Below are positions 1-11,955 of a stretch of DNA of 64,000 nucleotides, piece by piece. The stretch comes from Octopus sinensis (taxonomy: Eukaryota), in contig NC_043014.1 in NCBI RefSeq assembly GCF_006345805.1, forward strand, positions 45,508,001 to 45,572,000, written 5' to 3'. A program made the translations under genes and the position numbers. The notes under the pieces were generated by a model. That model had not been told where the DNA came from and made no database searches. It saw nothing but the letters and a program-made list of their open reading frames with translations. Position 1 is the stretch's first letter. Every line of letters starts with the position of its first letter.

Positions 1-1055
1 CGTGTTGTGTTCTTGAGCAAGACACTTTATTTTACGTTGCTCCAGTTCACTCAGCTGTAGGAATGAGTTGCGACGTCACGGGTGCCAAGCTGTATCGGTC
101 CCTTTGCCTTTCCCTTGGATAACACTGGTGGCGTGGAGAGGGGAGGCCGTTATGCATGGGCGACTGCCGGTCTTCCATAAACCACCTTGCCCAGACTTGT
201 GACTAGGAGGGTAACTTTCTAGGTGCAATCCCATGGTTAGTGTCGTGACTGAAGGGGGTCCCGACCGACCCAACCATTTGTCTCATAAAGCAATAAGATA
301 TGATTTGAGTGAGATTTAGCTGCTATTTCTAGCAGATTGAGTGACTCTTTGTAGGCTGTGTTGTTGATGTTGCTTATTCCTAGGCCAACTCTGATTGGGT
401 AAAATCAATTGTCAAATGTATGCCAGCTGTGACCACCCTGTCTTTTATTCAGACTGTTCTAAGTTTCCATTATGCATTGTGTCTTTCCTTTTTTAAAGAC
501 GTTAGAGTGTGATTTGAGGGATATTTAGCTGTTCTTTCTAGTAGGTCAAGAGGTTGCAAACAGGCTCCCTTGTTTAACCAGGTCAGATCTCTGAATAAAT
601 AAAACTTATGATCAAAAGTGCTCCTACAGTGACTATGTTATCTTTTATTCAGACACAGTGTATCTAGGATTACATTATCCAATGTACACTTCATTTTCTT
701 AAAATAGTACATTGTGCATTTAGGATGATTTTACTGCTATTTCTAGTAGGTTGAGCAACCCAGGTAGAGACTCTATCATAGGCATAAAATTTTTTTTTTA
801 TACACCCAGGCTTATTCCCCATTTTTTTAGGAGGGGGTATCCTCAGCAAGACACACACTAGGCATTCCATTCATTTCCCAACCCAAGGAGGCTAGCCCTG
901 TTCTATGCTTGGGTCAAGGCATAGAACGCAACCCCCAATATCAGCAGTGGAGCCCCAACAGGATACGCTGGTTTACTCCCCCGCCACATCATGCTGGTTG
1001 GTACCCCTTTGAGCAACATCAAATTCACTCATCCATCCACAAACATTCTCTAGGC

Positions 1056-1252
1056 CAGTGCTTTTCAAACTTTTTGCTGGAGCGGAACCCCAAGGAAACA
1101 TTCCACTGGCTCGAGGAACCCCTGTGCAATAATTTAATAGTCTTAAGCACACATATCTGCACTGGAAAATTAAATATTACTGCCGATTTTAGCAGTTTTG
1201 TAACTTCTTGCGGAACCCCAAGGTTCCGCGGAACCCTGGTTGAAAACCACTG
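1056..1252. mobile_element. hAT-type MITE
   Basis: TIRs CAGTGCTTTTCAA / TTGAAAACCACTG; perfect 8-bp TSD CTCTAGGC. Confidence 0.9.
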
Positions 1253-2139
1253 CTCTAGGCTTTCCTATGGTTATAAACTCCCTTGCCTCTCTCACTCCAA
1301 CACCTCTAACCACCAAAACTTTCCTCACTCCATCCATCCATCCATCAACACAAACTAAGGTCTGCCTCTGGTTCGGCTTAAAAATACAATAGTTAATACA
1401 CATTGTGTATATTAATGTCATGGGCCTACGTTTTATTAATGCTCCCTTGCTCTGCTATAAGGAAAGGATAGGAGGGATTGTTTTGGGAAGAGAAAGGAAG
1501 TGAGTCATAAGTTTTTTTTTAATCCTTTTAATTGTTGGACATGAAGGAAAATGTTGTTGTTGTTGTTTAACCTCAGGTTAGTCCTTACTAAGTAGATCTA
1601 TAATCAAAAGTGTTCCAGCTATGACTAGCCTCTCCTACCCTCAGGCTTTGTTTATCTCTCTCTTTTACTCTTTACTCTTTTATTTGTTTCTGAGTTCAAA
1701 TTTCACCAAAGTTGACTTCAACTTTCCTACTCTCGGCATCAATAAAATAAGTACCCAGTGAAGAACTTGGGTCGATGATGTAACTGACTGAAACCCTCCC
1801 CACAAAACCCCACCGGCCTTGTGCCAAAATTTAAATCAATTATTAAGTTAAGTCATGTTGCCAAAGACTGTGTCTTCATTTTATGAAAGACATTTGTGTT
1901 ACATTCACAAACTAACCTTTTATGAATTTTCTGACCGCTACATCTCATAGAATAATTAGAAAATTGTTTTTTTTTTTCTGTGTGTTTATTGATAAAAGAT
2001 GTAGGTGGAATTTGAGGAAAAAATACAATGTGGTTCTAGAATGAATGAAATGAACCATCTCAAACCAGTTCTAATGAATGAATTCATTAAAGAAATAAAT
2101 AACGATGATAGTGATGGTGGTGGTGGTGGTGGTGGTGGT

Positions 2140-2660
2140 TGGCAATTTCGGATTTAGCGACAATGACAAAGATTTCATTAGCGTTTGTGCTTTGTGTGTC
2201 GACGAAGCTGGACAAGTTGACGAACGTGATTAATTCAGTAAGACTTGCATAATAACTCTAATTGTGCTGCTTGTTCCTGGCAGAACAAAATTACAATTGA
2301 AGTTGTGGACAGCTCCTGAGTGATTACAGGAAGTTGCTTTGATTGCTTGCAACGCTGAAACACAATGGGGGAAGCTGCTGCAATTGACTGCACCAAATGT
2401 ATTAGCACTTGCTTTGCGGCTGAAATACCTGTTGTTGTTACTGAACGACTTAATCTTTCTGATAACGATGAATTCAAATGGTGATCCAGTTAAGCTGTGG
2501 GATTTGATGAATCGCGGTTTTAACGACTTGTAATGAGAATATTTGCATGCAGATTTAAAATTTAACCGAGAACTACATTTACCTGAATCAATAATAGGAC
2601 ATTGTGACCACTCTTCCATTCTGTCACCAATGCCGAACTGTAATGCTTGGTTCTCAATAA
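2140..2660 (-). other. Unique CpG-rich coding-like island with overlapping open frames (possible exon or pseudo-exon)
   Basis: Two overlapping minus frames are open (2230-2659 and 2235-~2486). Many CpGs. Donor CAG|gtaaat near 2582. No recognisable protein family. Confidence 0.3.
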
Positions 2661-3436
2661 ATCCTTAGCCAAGGTGCTTCAGTTATACTCTTTTACTTGT
2701 TTCAGTCATTTGACTGCGGCCATGCTGGAGCACTGCCTTTAGTCGAGCAAATCGACCCCGGGACTTATTCTTTCTAAGCCTAGTACTTGTTCTATCGGTC
2801 TCTTTTGCCAAACTGTTAAGTTACGGGGATGTAAACACACCAGCATCGGTTGTCAAGCGATGTTGGGAGGAACAAACACACACACACACACACACACAAC
2901 ACATACGATGGGCTTCTTTCAGTTTCTGTCTACCAAATCCACTTACAAGGCTTTGGTTGGCCTGAGGCTATAGTAGAAGACACTTGCCCAAGATGCCACA
3001 CAGTGGGACTGAGCCCAGAACCATATGGTTGGTAAGCAAGCTACTTACCAGACAGCCACTCCTACGCCTATACACAAATTATTTTAGTGAATTGTAAGTA
3101 TCTACCATAGGTGTGTATTTTCAGCTGAGCACTTGAGAGCAATAAGCTGTGGGAGCACTGTTCAATGAATGAGTGCTGCATGCTGGCATGGAAAGTAGAC
3201 GTTAAACGATGATGATGATTTTAATTTCCACTTTTACATGCTTGCATGGGTCAGATGGAATTTCTTGAGGCAGACTGTCTATGGCTGAACACCCTTCCTG
3301 TCACGACCCCTCACCTGTTTCCAAGCAAGGTATTATTTTTTCCTCATGGCTGAACATGTTTCCATGGAAGATTGTAAAAGAAGGACACAACCTTCAAGAC
3401 AACTTGGAACTATAACATGATGTCAAGTCATGGACC

Positions 3437-3641
3437 ACACAAACACACACACACACACACACACAAACATGCACACATGTGCGTGCGTACACACACACAC
3501 ACACACACAAACATGCACACATGTGCGTGCACACACGCACACACACACACACACACACAAACATGCACACATGTGCGTGCGTACACACACACACACACAC
3601 ACACAAACATGCACACATGTGCGCGCACACACACACACACA
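3437..3641. repeat. ~46-bp compound minisatellite (CA)n-AACATGCACACATGTGCGTGCG, about 4 copies
   Basis: Direct inspection. Confidence 0.9.
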
Positions 3642-4152
3642 TCCACTTTTCCATGCTTGCATGAGTTGGACAGCCTTTATTGAGGCAAATTTTCTACAGC
3701 TGGACGCCTTTCCTGTTGCCAACCCTCACCTCTTTCCAAGCAAGGTAATATTTACACAAGACCAGGCACATTTTGCAGAATATTGGAAATGAATGGCTCC
3801 GCTTACATGACAGTGACAATCATTTACAACTATTAAGCAATCTCAAGACAAAGCAACATAAACACGCATGCACAAACACACACATATACATAGAGTGGGC
3901 TTCTTTTCAGTTTCTGTTCGTCAATTCTGCTAACAAGGCTTTGGTTGCCTCAGGGCTACAACAGAAGACACTTGCCCAAGTTCTCACACAATGGTTGGGA
4001 AGCAGTCTTCTGACCACACAGGCCACACCTGCCCCTGGACGGGCATCCAACTGCAGAATCCATGCCAAAACAGACTATGGAACTTGGTGTGACCCCTGGC
4101 CTTGCCAGTTCCTGTCAAGCCCTCAAACCCATGCCAGCATGGAAAACAAACA

Positions 4153-5134
4153 TTAACCCTTTCGATACTATTTATTTTGAGATGCTCTGTGTTTCTTTCA
4201 ATTACTTTAAATATAACAAAGAATTTAGTAAAATAACTTAGTTATCATTAAACTAGTGTTAGGAACATAAATTGTGACTAAGGTTTGGTGGAAGATTTGA
4301 ATTCAAAACTTATGAAAACAAAACATTTGTACTACAGAACCAGAGGTGGTTTCAGCTGGGTTGGTATTAAAAGGGTTAAGAATTATTTCTCTATTATATA
4401 TTTTAACCCTTTCATTACTGTATTTATTTTGAGATGCTCTGTGTTTCTTTCAATTACTTTAAATATAACAAAGAATTTAGTAAAATAACTTAGTTATCAT
4501 TAAACTAGTGTTAGGAACATAAATTGTGACTAAGGTTTGGTGGAAGATTTGAATTCAAAACTTATGAAAACAAAACATTTGTACTACAGAACCAGAGGTG
4601 GTTTCAGCTGGGTTGGTATTAAAAGGGTTAAGAATTATTTCTCTATTATATATTTTAACCCTTTCATTACTGTATTTATTTTGAGATGCTCTGTGTTTCT
4701 TTCAATTACTTTAAATATAACAAAGAATTTAGTAAAATAACTTAGTTATCATTAAACTAGTGTTAGGAACATAAATTGTGACTAAGGTTTGGTGGAAGAT
4801 TTGAATTCAAAACTTATGGAAACAAGACATTTGTACTACAGAGCCAGAGGTGGTTTCAGCTGGGTTGGTATTAAAAGGGTTAAGAATTATTTCTCTATTA
4901 TATATTTTAACCCTTTCATTACTGTATTTATTTTGAGATGCTCTGTGTTTCTTTCAATTACTTTAAACATAACAAAGAATTTAGTAAAATAACTTAGTTA
5001 TCATTAAACTAGTGTTAGGAACATAAATTGTGACTAAGGTTTGGGGGAAGACTTTAATTCAACACTTATGAAAATAAGACATTTGTACTCAGAGCCAGAG
5101 CCAGTTTCAACCGGGTTGGTAACGAAAGGGTTAA
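4153..5134. mobile_element. Tandem tetramer of a piggyBac-type MITE (TTAA-CCCTTT...AAAGGG-TTAA), period 250-252 bp
   Basis: Units start at 4153, 4403, 4655 and 4907. Each has short TIRs flanked by TTAA, separated by a ~23-bp AT spacer. Confidence 0.85.
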
Positions 5135-5293
5135 ATGTTGAGGATGATGTATGTGTGTGATGGTGATATATGTATGTGTGTGTATGCGTGTAGTGAAGGG
5201 CTGTGTGGTATTCCATTACACCCAGCAATTATTTTATTGACCGTAGAGCAAAGAAAGGCAAAGTTGGACGTGACACAACTTGAAGTTAAGAAA

Positions 5294-5297
<4 letters not shown>

Positions 5298-5332
<35 letters not shown>

Positions 5333-5714
5333 GTAGTAGTAGTAGTAGTAGTAGTAGTGATGGAGATGATGATGATGATGATAATTTGATTTTCGGTTAT
5401 AATTGTAAGTAGTGTTCATTGTTATTGCATTAATTGCTTAATTAACAATCAATTAACAATGTAAAAATATATATATATATATTTCAATTAGATTAAAATA
5501 TAATTTTCTATAAAAGCTTTTCGTTTGTTAACAATGAACATGCTATCAATATAGTATGGATTATTATTGTAACCCTTTAGCATACAGATTACTCTGTCAA
5601 ATGTAATGCTTATTTAAGAAATAATAATAGTAGTAATAATAGTAATAGTTGTAATAATAATAATAATAGTAGTAATAATAATAATAATAATAATAAATAA
5701 TAGTAGTAGTAGTA

Positions 5715-5747
<33 letters not shown>

Positions 5748-5765
5748 GTAATAATAATAATCATT
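5298..5765. repeat. (AAT)n/(AGT)n/(GAT)n microsatellite cluster
   Basis: Direct inspection; similar tracts at 6355, 20085, 25127, 25730, 26278 and 35930. Confidence 0.95.
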
Positions 5766-6350
5766 TCTACTATAGGCACAAGGAGTGGAATTTGCAGGGA
5801 GGGGGATAATCAATTACATCAACCCCTGTACTCAACTGGTACTTACTTTATCGACACAAAAGGGATGAAAGGCAAAGTTGAACTCAGAACGTAAAGACAG
5901 ATGAAATGCTGTTAAGCATTTTGCCCAGCATGCAAACAATTCTGCCAGCTCATCACCTTAATAATGATCCTTTCTACTCTAGGCACAAGGTCTGAAATTT
6001 GGGGGTGGGGGGGGGGGGGGTGATTAGTCGATTACATCGACCCCAAAAGAATGAAAGGCAAAGTTGACCCTGGCGAAATTTGAACTCAGAATGTAGCAAC
6101 GGGCAAAATACCTATTTCTTTACTACCCACAAGGGGCTAAACACAGAGAGGACAAACAAGGACAGACAAAACGATTAAGTCGATTACATCAACCTCAGTG
6201 CATAACTGGTACTTAATTTATCGACCCAGAAAGGATGAAAAGCAGTCGACCGTGGCAGAATTTGAACTTAGAATGTAACGGCAGACGAAATACGGCTACA
6301 CATTTTGCCCGGTGTGCTAATGTTTCTACCAACTCGCCGCCTTAATCACC

Positions 6351-6390
<40 letters not shown>

Positions 6391-6845
6391 TGATGATAAT
6401 AATCCTTTCTACTAAAGGCACGAGGCCAGCAATTTTGGGAAGGGCAGTAGTTGATTACATTAACCCCAGTACTCAACTGGTACTTGTTTTATTGATCCCA
6501 AAAGGATGAAAGGCAAAATCAAAAATAAAAACGGTTGAAATGCTGCTAAGCATTTTGCCCAGCGTGCTAACGATTCTGCCATCCACCACCTTAATAATCA
6601 TAATAAACAATGAATGGATATACTCTTACTCTTTACTCTTTTACTTGTTTCAGTCATTTGACTGCGGCCATGCTGGAGCACCGCCTTTAATCGAGCAACT
6701 TGACCCCGGGACTTATTCTTTGTAAGCCCAGTACTTATTCTATCGGTCTCTTTTGCTGAACCGCTAAGTGACAGGGACATAAACACACCAGCATCGGTTG
6801 TCAAGCGATGTTGGGGGGGGGGGACAAACACAGACACACGAACAT

Positions 6846-6876
<31 letters not shown>

Positions 6877-9055
6877 CATATACATATATACGATGGGCTT
6901 CTTTCAGTTTCCGTCTACCAAATCCACTCCCAAGGCTTTGGTCGGCCCGAGGCTACAGTAGAAGACACTTGCCCAAGGTTCCACGCAGTGGGACTGAACC
7001 CGGAACTATGTGGTTGGTAAACAAGCTACTTACCACACAGCCACTCCTGCGCCTATATATAATAATAAAAAGAATAAAAAGTTGGTGGTTTCTTCAGGAT
7101 GAAGTATTACTTAAATGAAATGACTGTATTGATTGAAGAAGTTCCTATCAAAAGAGTTGTACTTGTGCTTCAGGAATACAAGCAAGATCGTGAACAGTGT
7201 ACACTTTAAGTGCTTTTAATGAACATTTACAGTTATTTGCCTTGTCTTTCACTGAACTTCTTCAGCAGATTGCCGCTAACGAAGCTACATTAATAAACTG
7301 TTTCTGAAGCCTTTTGCAGCTTAGCAACCACTACTAATTTGAGCAAATGGTTAATGGCTAGGTACCAGCAATCAATATTTGATTGTGGGTCACAAATGAA
7401 AGATTTTTTTTCTTTAATATAATGTGTTATTGTTCTACTGGTTTCTAGCAACAGATGCAGCCAAAACCTGCCAATCCACTGCTAAATGGAGAAAGCTTTC
7501 TTAACTTCCTTTGGCAAGAAGTGCTATATTTTGTCATAAAAATGGCAGCTTGTTGTGTTGAATAATACTCACATTGACGATTGTTTTCTAATTAATAGCC
7601 AGATTGTATTTATTGAGTTCCTTCATTCTTATCGACTTAGCATTAATGTTCAGATCTATAATCCTATGGCTGCAGGCATGGCCATGTGGCTTAGAAGTTA
7701 ACTTTGAAGCTGGGTTGTTTTGGGTTCAGTTATACTGTATGGCATGGAGGCATGTGGCCTAGTGGTTAGGGTGTCAGCATCATGATCGTAAGATTGTGGT
7801 TTCGATTCCTGGACCGGGCGACATGTTGTGTTCTTGAGCAAAACACTTCATTTCACGTTACTCCAGTCCACTCAGCTGGCAAAAATGAGTAACGCTACGC
7901 TGGACTGGCGTCCCATCCAGCTGGGGAACACATACGCCATGGAAACCAGGAAACCAGGCCCATGAGCCTGGCTAGGCTTTAAAAGGGCACATTTTTTTTT
8001 TTTACTGTATGGCACCTTGGACAAGTGTTTTCTTTCTGTACCATTGCTTTGGATTGCTTGAAGCATTGGAAATGAAAGATGGCATTTGAATGTGTTTGAA
8101 AGCATGTCAGAGGGATCTTTCCTATTCTGGGGTGGTAGACTTAATCTGGAGGCACATGGCCTAGTGGTTAGAGCAGTGAACTCGCGGTCGAGGAATCACG
8201 GGTTCGAATCTCAGACCGGGTGATGTGTGTGTTTATGAGCGAAACACCTAAGCTCCACACGGCTCTGGCAGAAGGTAATGGCGAACCTCTGCTGACTCTT
8301 ACGCCACAACTTTTTCTCACTCTTTCCTCCTGCATCTTGCAGCTCACCTGCGATGGACAGGCGTCTGTCAAGGTGGAGAACCTATATGCCAAGGAAACCG
8401 GGAAAATGGCCCTTATGAGCCAGGCATGGCTTGAGAAGGAAGACTTAATCTGTCAATCAGTTTAATATCCCCAAGTTCCAGTCAGAGTATATCTTACTCT
8501 CTTTCTCTGGCTTGTCTTGGATACCCTGAAAAATGTCACGACTACTGTCCTTATTCCTCTGACCCAACTATTGACCCCTTTACTGCAGAAATCAAATATT
8601 CCCACTCAAAATTTCATTACTCTTAACTTTCAAAAGCATACAAGCACACATACACATGCATATGCATATACATGTATATATCCATACATATATGTGTGAT
8701 GGGCTTCTTTCAGTTTCCATCTCCCAGATTTACTCACAAGACTTTGGTCAGCATGGAGCTGATACAAGACGCTTGCTGAAGGTACAACACTGTGGGATTG
8801 AACCAGAAACCACTTGGTTGGATGTCCAACCCACGCAAGCAATGCCATAATGGATAAAAATTATGAGAAAGTTCTTTTGGCTTTTCATTTGTTATTGAAA
8901 TTAGTTTTTCAATATCTATAATTTATCAATCAAAACTTTTCTGTTGTCTGTTCTCTTTATGAATTTAATTCACAAAAGCGATGAATATTTATGAATTAAA
9001 TTCAGATAAGAGACCAGCTATTTCTAAAGATCAAATTTTTGGTGACCGCCTTTAC

Positions 9056-9248
9056 CTCAGAGATTTAATATCTTGGCTAGCAAGTGGAGAAATGAGAATA
9101 TATCTCATGATACACAGGAAAGAACTGTCTTGATATGCTTATTTGCAGGAATCTGTTATTAAATCCTTAAGAAGCTAGTAATATCCTGTTAAGACCATAC
9201 AAAGTATAAAGCTGTCCACTTTTATCTGATAATTTAATCTGCATGGGT
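9056..9248 (-). pseudogene. Exon-like island with two in-frame stops: PCRLNYQIKVDSFILCMVLTGYY*LLKDLITDSCK*AYQDSSFLCIMRYILISPLASQDIKSL
   Basis: Flanked by acceptor tttttattacatacatttcag| and donor GAG|gtaaag. Non-repetitive sequence; in-frame TAG and TAA. Confidence 0.25.
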
Positions 9249-9690
9249 CTGAAATGTATGTAATAAAAATAGTTTAAATTATGTCACTAACGATGGAAAG
9301 TATATTAGTTTGTTCAATGCTATGATAATATTATTTAACCTGCAGTTCATTTTCTTTGTAGTAAGAGCTTTTCTCCTTGCTTGACATTTTTCTACTTAAA
9401 CCATGGGATAAATAGAAAAATGAGTGTAAAAAGAATAAAAAAGACCAATGGCTTTATCATTGTTGTAGCAACATGATTGCATTGAGATATATTAAGTTAG
9501 GGGTGGTAGTGGTGGTCTGTCTTGGATTGCCACTCGATGATGGAACCTCAAAACCATTGATTCTCGACTATTTTTTTTTAACTTTTAGACCCCCCTTGAT
9601 ACCTTTTTTTTTTTATCTTGCCGCATTTCCATAGCCATTTGGTGTCTTTGTAATTAGCTTATTGTTTTTGTAATTACATATTTGGAATTA

Positions 9691-10083
9691 TCTCTCTCTA
9701 TATATAAAGCTGAAGTTGTCTGTGTATGGCAGGTTTGGTAGTCTTCAACTAACACTATCTCCTCCGAGACCCTGCGGCACAAGTTGACCAAAATTGAGAG
9801 TATGATAGAAGAAGGCTTGCTCTTCCTTCCGTAGAAGATAAAATTCAAATCGGACCATGTTAAGACCAAAAATTATTTACATCAAAACGATGCTTTTTTC
9901 TATGAAAATCCCTATCTTTTACGATTTTTTGACTGCTGTGTCGCCATTTTTTGGTGTATTTCAACCAGAAAAATGTTCATTTAAAGAGAATAACAAGCTA
10001 CATAATGCAAAATTTTTACTTTTCAAAAATTCCAATTCTAAAGGGTCGGAACAAACCTGAGCAACGCTGGGCAATACTGCTAG
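9691..10083 (+). mobile_element. Non-autonomous Helitron
   Basis: A|TC...TATATATAAA 5' end and GC-rich subterminal motif plus CTAG|T 3' end; no TSD. Confidence 0.7.
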
Positions 10084-10169
10084 TATTAAAAAAATTTTTT
10101 AATATTTTGTGTAATGTAGAAGTATAACCAATGTAGTGCACATAAAATTCAACAGTAAAATCTTACATG

Positions 10170-10825
10170 AACCCTCCACCACCAAGAGCCATATGGACCC
10201 TGGTTGAGGGGTCATGGTACTACCTCCCTATGCAGCACAATGTTGTTGCTAAAACAATTTACAATGCCATCCACAAAAAAGACTGTCTTGAAATAAACTT
10301 AGAAAATCCCTCAGTTATGGAATACATTCATAAACACCAACTCAAGAAATACTGGTGGAATATTCCCATCAAAACTTCTGTCAAATGTAAACATAACAGG
10401 CCGGATATTGTTGCTTGGGACAGAGGGGCAATGTATGTACCATCATAGAGATCAGCTGCCCTGCAGATATAAATATCTCTTTGAAAATCAAAGAAAATAA
10501 GAGGATGTCTGTGGACTACTGCCTCAAAACCTCCAGCTTTCTATATCCAGACAATGAATTCATAGCTATACTAATAATGATTGGAGCACTACATTTTGTT
10601 AGTAAATGCTTAAAGGAGAATCTGGATAAACTGGGATTTCAGAAAGAGAAATCGACCAGTCGATTCATACATTACAAGTGCAATCTGTAAGTGGAACAGT
10701 AAAAATATGCAAGACTTTTGTCAAATTCCAAATACGAATTTGTCTGTGTTAACTACATCCCAAAGAAGGAGCCTTGTATCTTTGTTGGAAACTGGCTTAC
10801 TCCTCAGTGGAAGATTTATAATAAT
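10170..10825 (+). mobile_element. 5'-truncated, frameshifted non-LTR retrotransposon with a restriction-like endonuclease (R4/Dong-type)
   Basis: Translations YYLPMQHNVVAKTIY...WWNIPIKTSVKCKHNRPDIVAWD / CTIIEISCPADINISLKIKE...IMIGAL match the RLE motif RH...HNRPD...IIE..CP.D.N...K. 3' end TTTATAATAAT. Confidence 0.85.
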
Positions 10826-10841
10826 TAAAAAATAGAAGTGA

Positions 10842-10872
<31 letters not shown>

Positions 10873-11955
10873 TATATATAAATGTATATATACACACACA
10901 CATACATATATACATATATATATACATAACGGGAAGGTTTACGAAAATAAACAAAAGACAAATGTATTAGTATGGCGCTCAGGAATAGAAATAGAAAAAG
11001 TCTTTTACGTTTCGAGCCTACGCTCTTTGACAGAAAGATACATAGAAAAAAAAAGGAGAGAAAAAAATGCGTGTAGGAGCTCACGATCTATCATACACAC
11101 ACACACACACACACATATATACACATACATACATACACACATATGTATGCACATATATATATGATGGCCTTCTTTCAGATTCCATCTTCCAAATTTCGTC
11201 ACAAAGTTTCGAATGGCCCAGGGTTATAGCAGAAGACAATTGCCCAAGATCTTGCACAGTGAAACTGAATCCCGAACCATGTGGTTCGGAAGCAAACTTC
11301 TCAACCACACCCCCATGCCTGTACCTACATAGTCACTAACTAATGTACTAATGTACTCCAGGGTAAACCTATACCTCAGTCAAAAAAAAAAAAAAAAAAA
11401 GCAGCAGTAGCAGCCTGGTCATGGCAGTAATGCTTTTAATCATAGTCCTACTTAATCAGGACTGACCTGTGGCTAAACAGCAATGATTGCAATTGATACT
11501 AATAACCAGATCAGTCCATCTAGATCCAGCCAGAGCAAAAAGATCATTCAACTAATGGCAATAACTGCAATTTTGAGATAGCAAAAGATTCTGATAGTAT
11601 CTGTAGCTGATTCTCTCTAAGATTGGTTCTCTCAGAATTACGGTTTTACTTGAATTACCAAAATTTCCATTTTCTTTTCATTATAAAACATTTGTTTATG
11701 TCTTGTAAGTTAGTTGAGTATAGTTTCTATTTAATGAATTTACTGCGTAGTGAAATCATGGGTGCGCCTGTGTGGTAAGAACTTTGCTTCCCGACCACAT
11801 GGTTCCAGGTTCAATCCCATTGCATGGCTCCTCGGGCATGTATATTCTGCTGTAGTCTCGAACAAACCGAACCCTTTTGAGTGGATTTAGCAGAAAGAAA
11901 CTAAAAGAAACCTGTTGTGTATGTAAGTGGGTGTGTATGTGTGTATATATATATA

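Noticed and set aside
909-1358. 149-aa ORF (also 206 aa at 45872-46492 and 178 aa at 29218-29754)
   Set aside because: They run through a hAT MITE, homopolymers or microsatellites and repeat fragments, with no family resemblance.
2295-2330. KLWTAPE*LQ resembling the guanylyl-cyclase/kinase LWTAPELL motif
   Set aside because: In-frame TGA and no following DVYSF/G or other kinase subdomains.
4285-4992. Three 67-aa ORFs (MVEDLNSKLMK...)
   Set aside because: They span MITE junctions, start at a non-ATG codon and are repeat artefacts.
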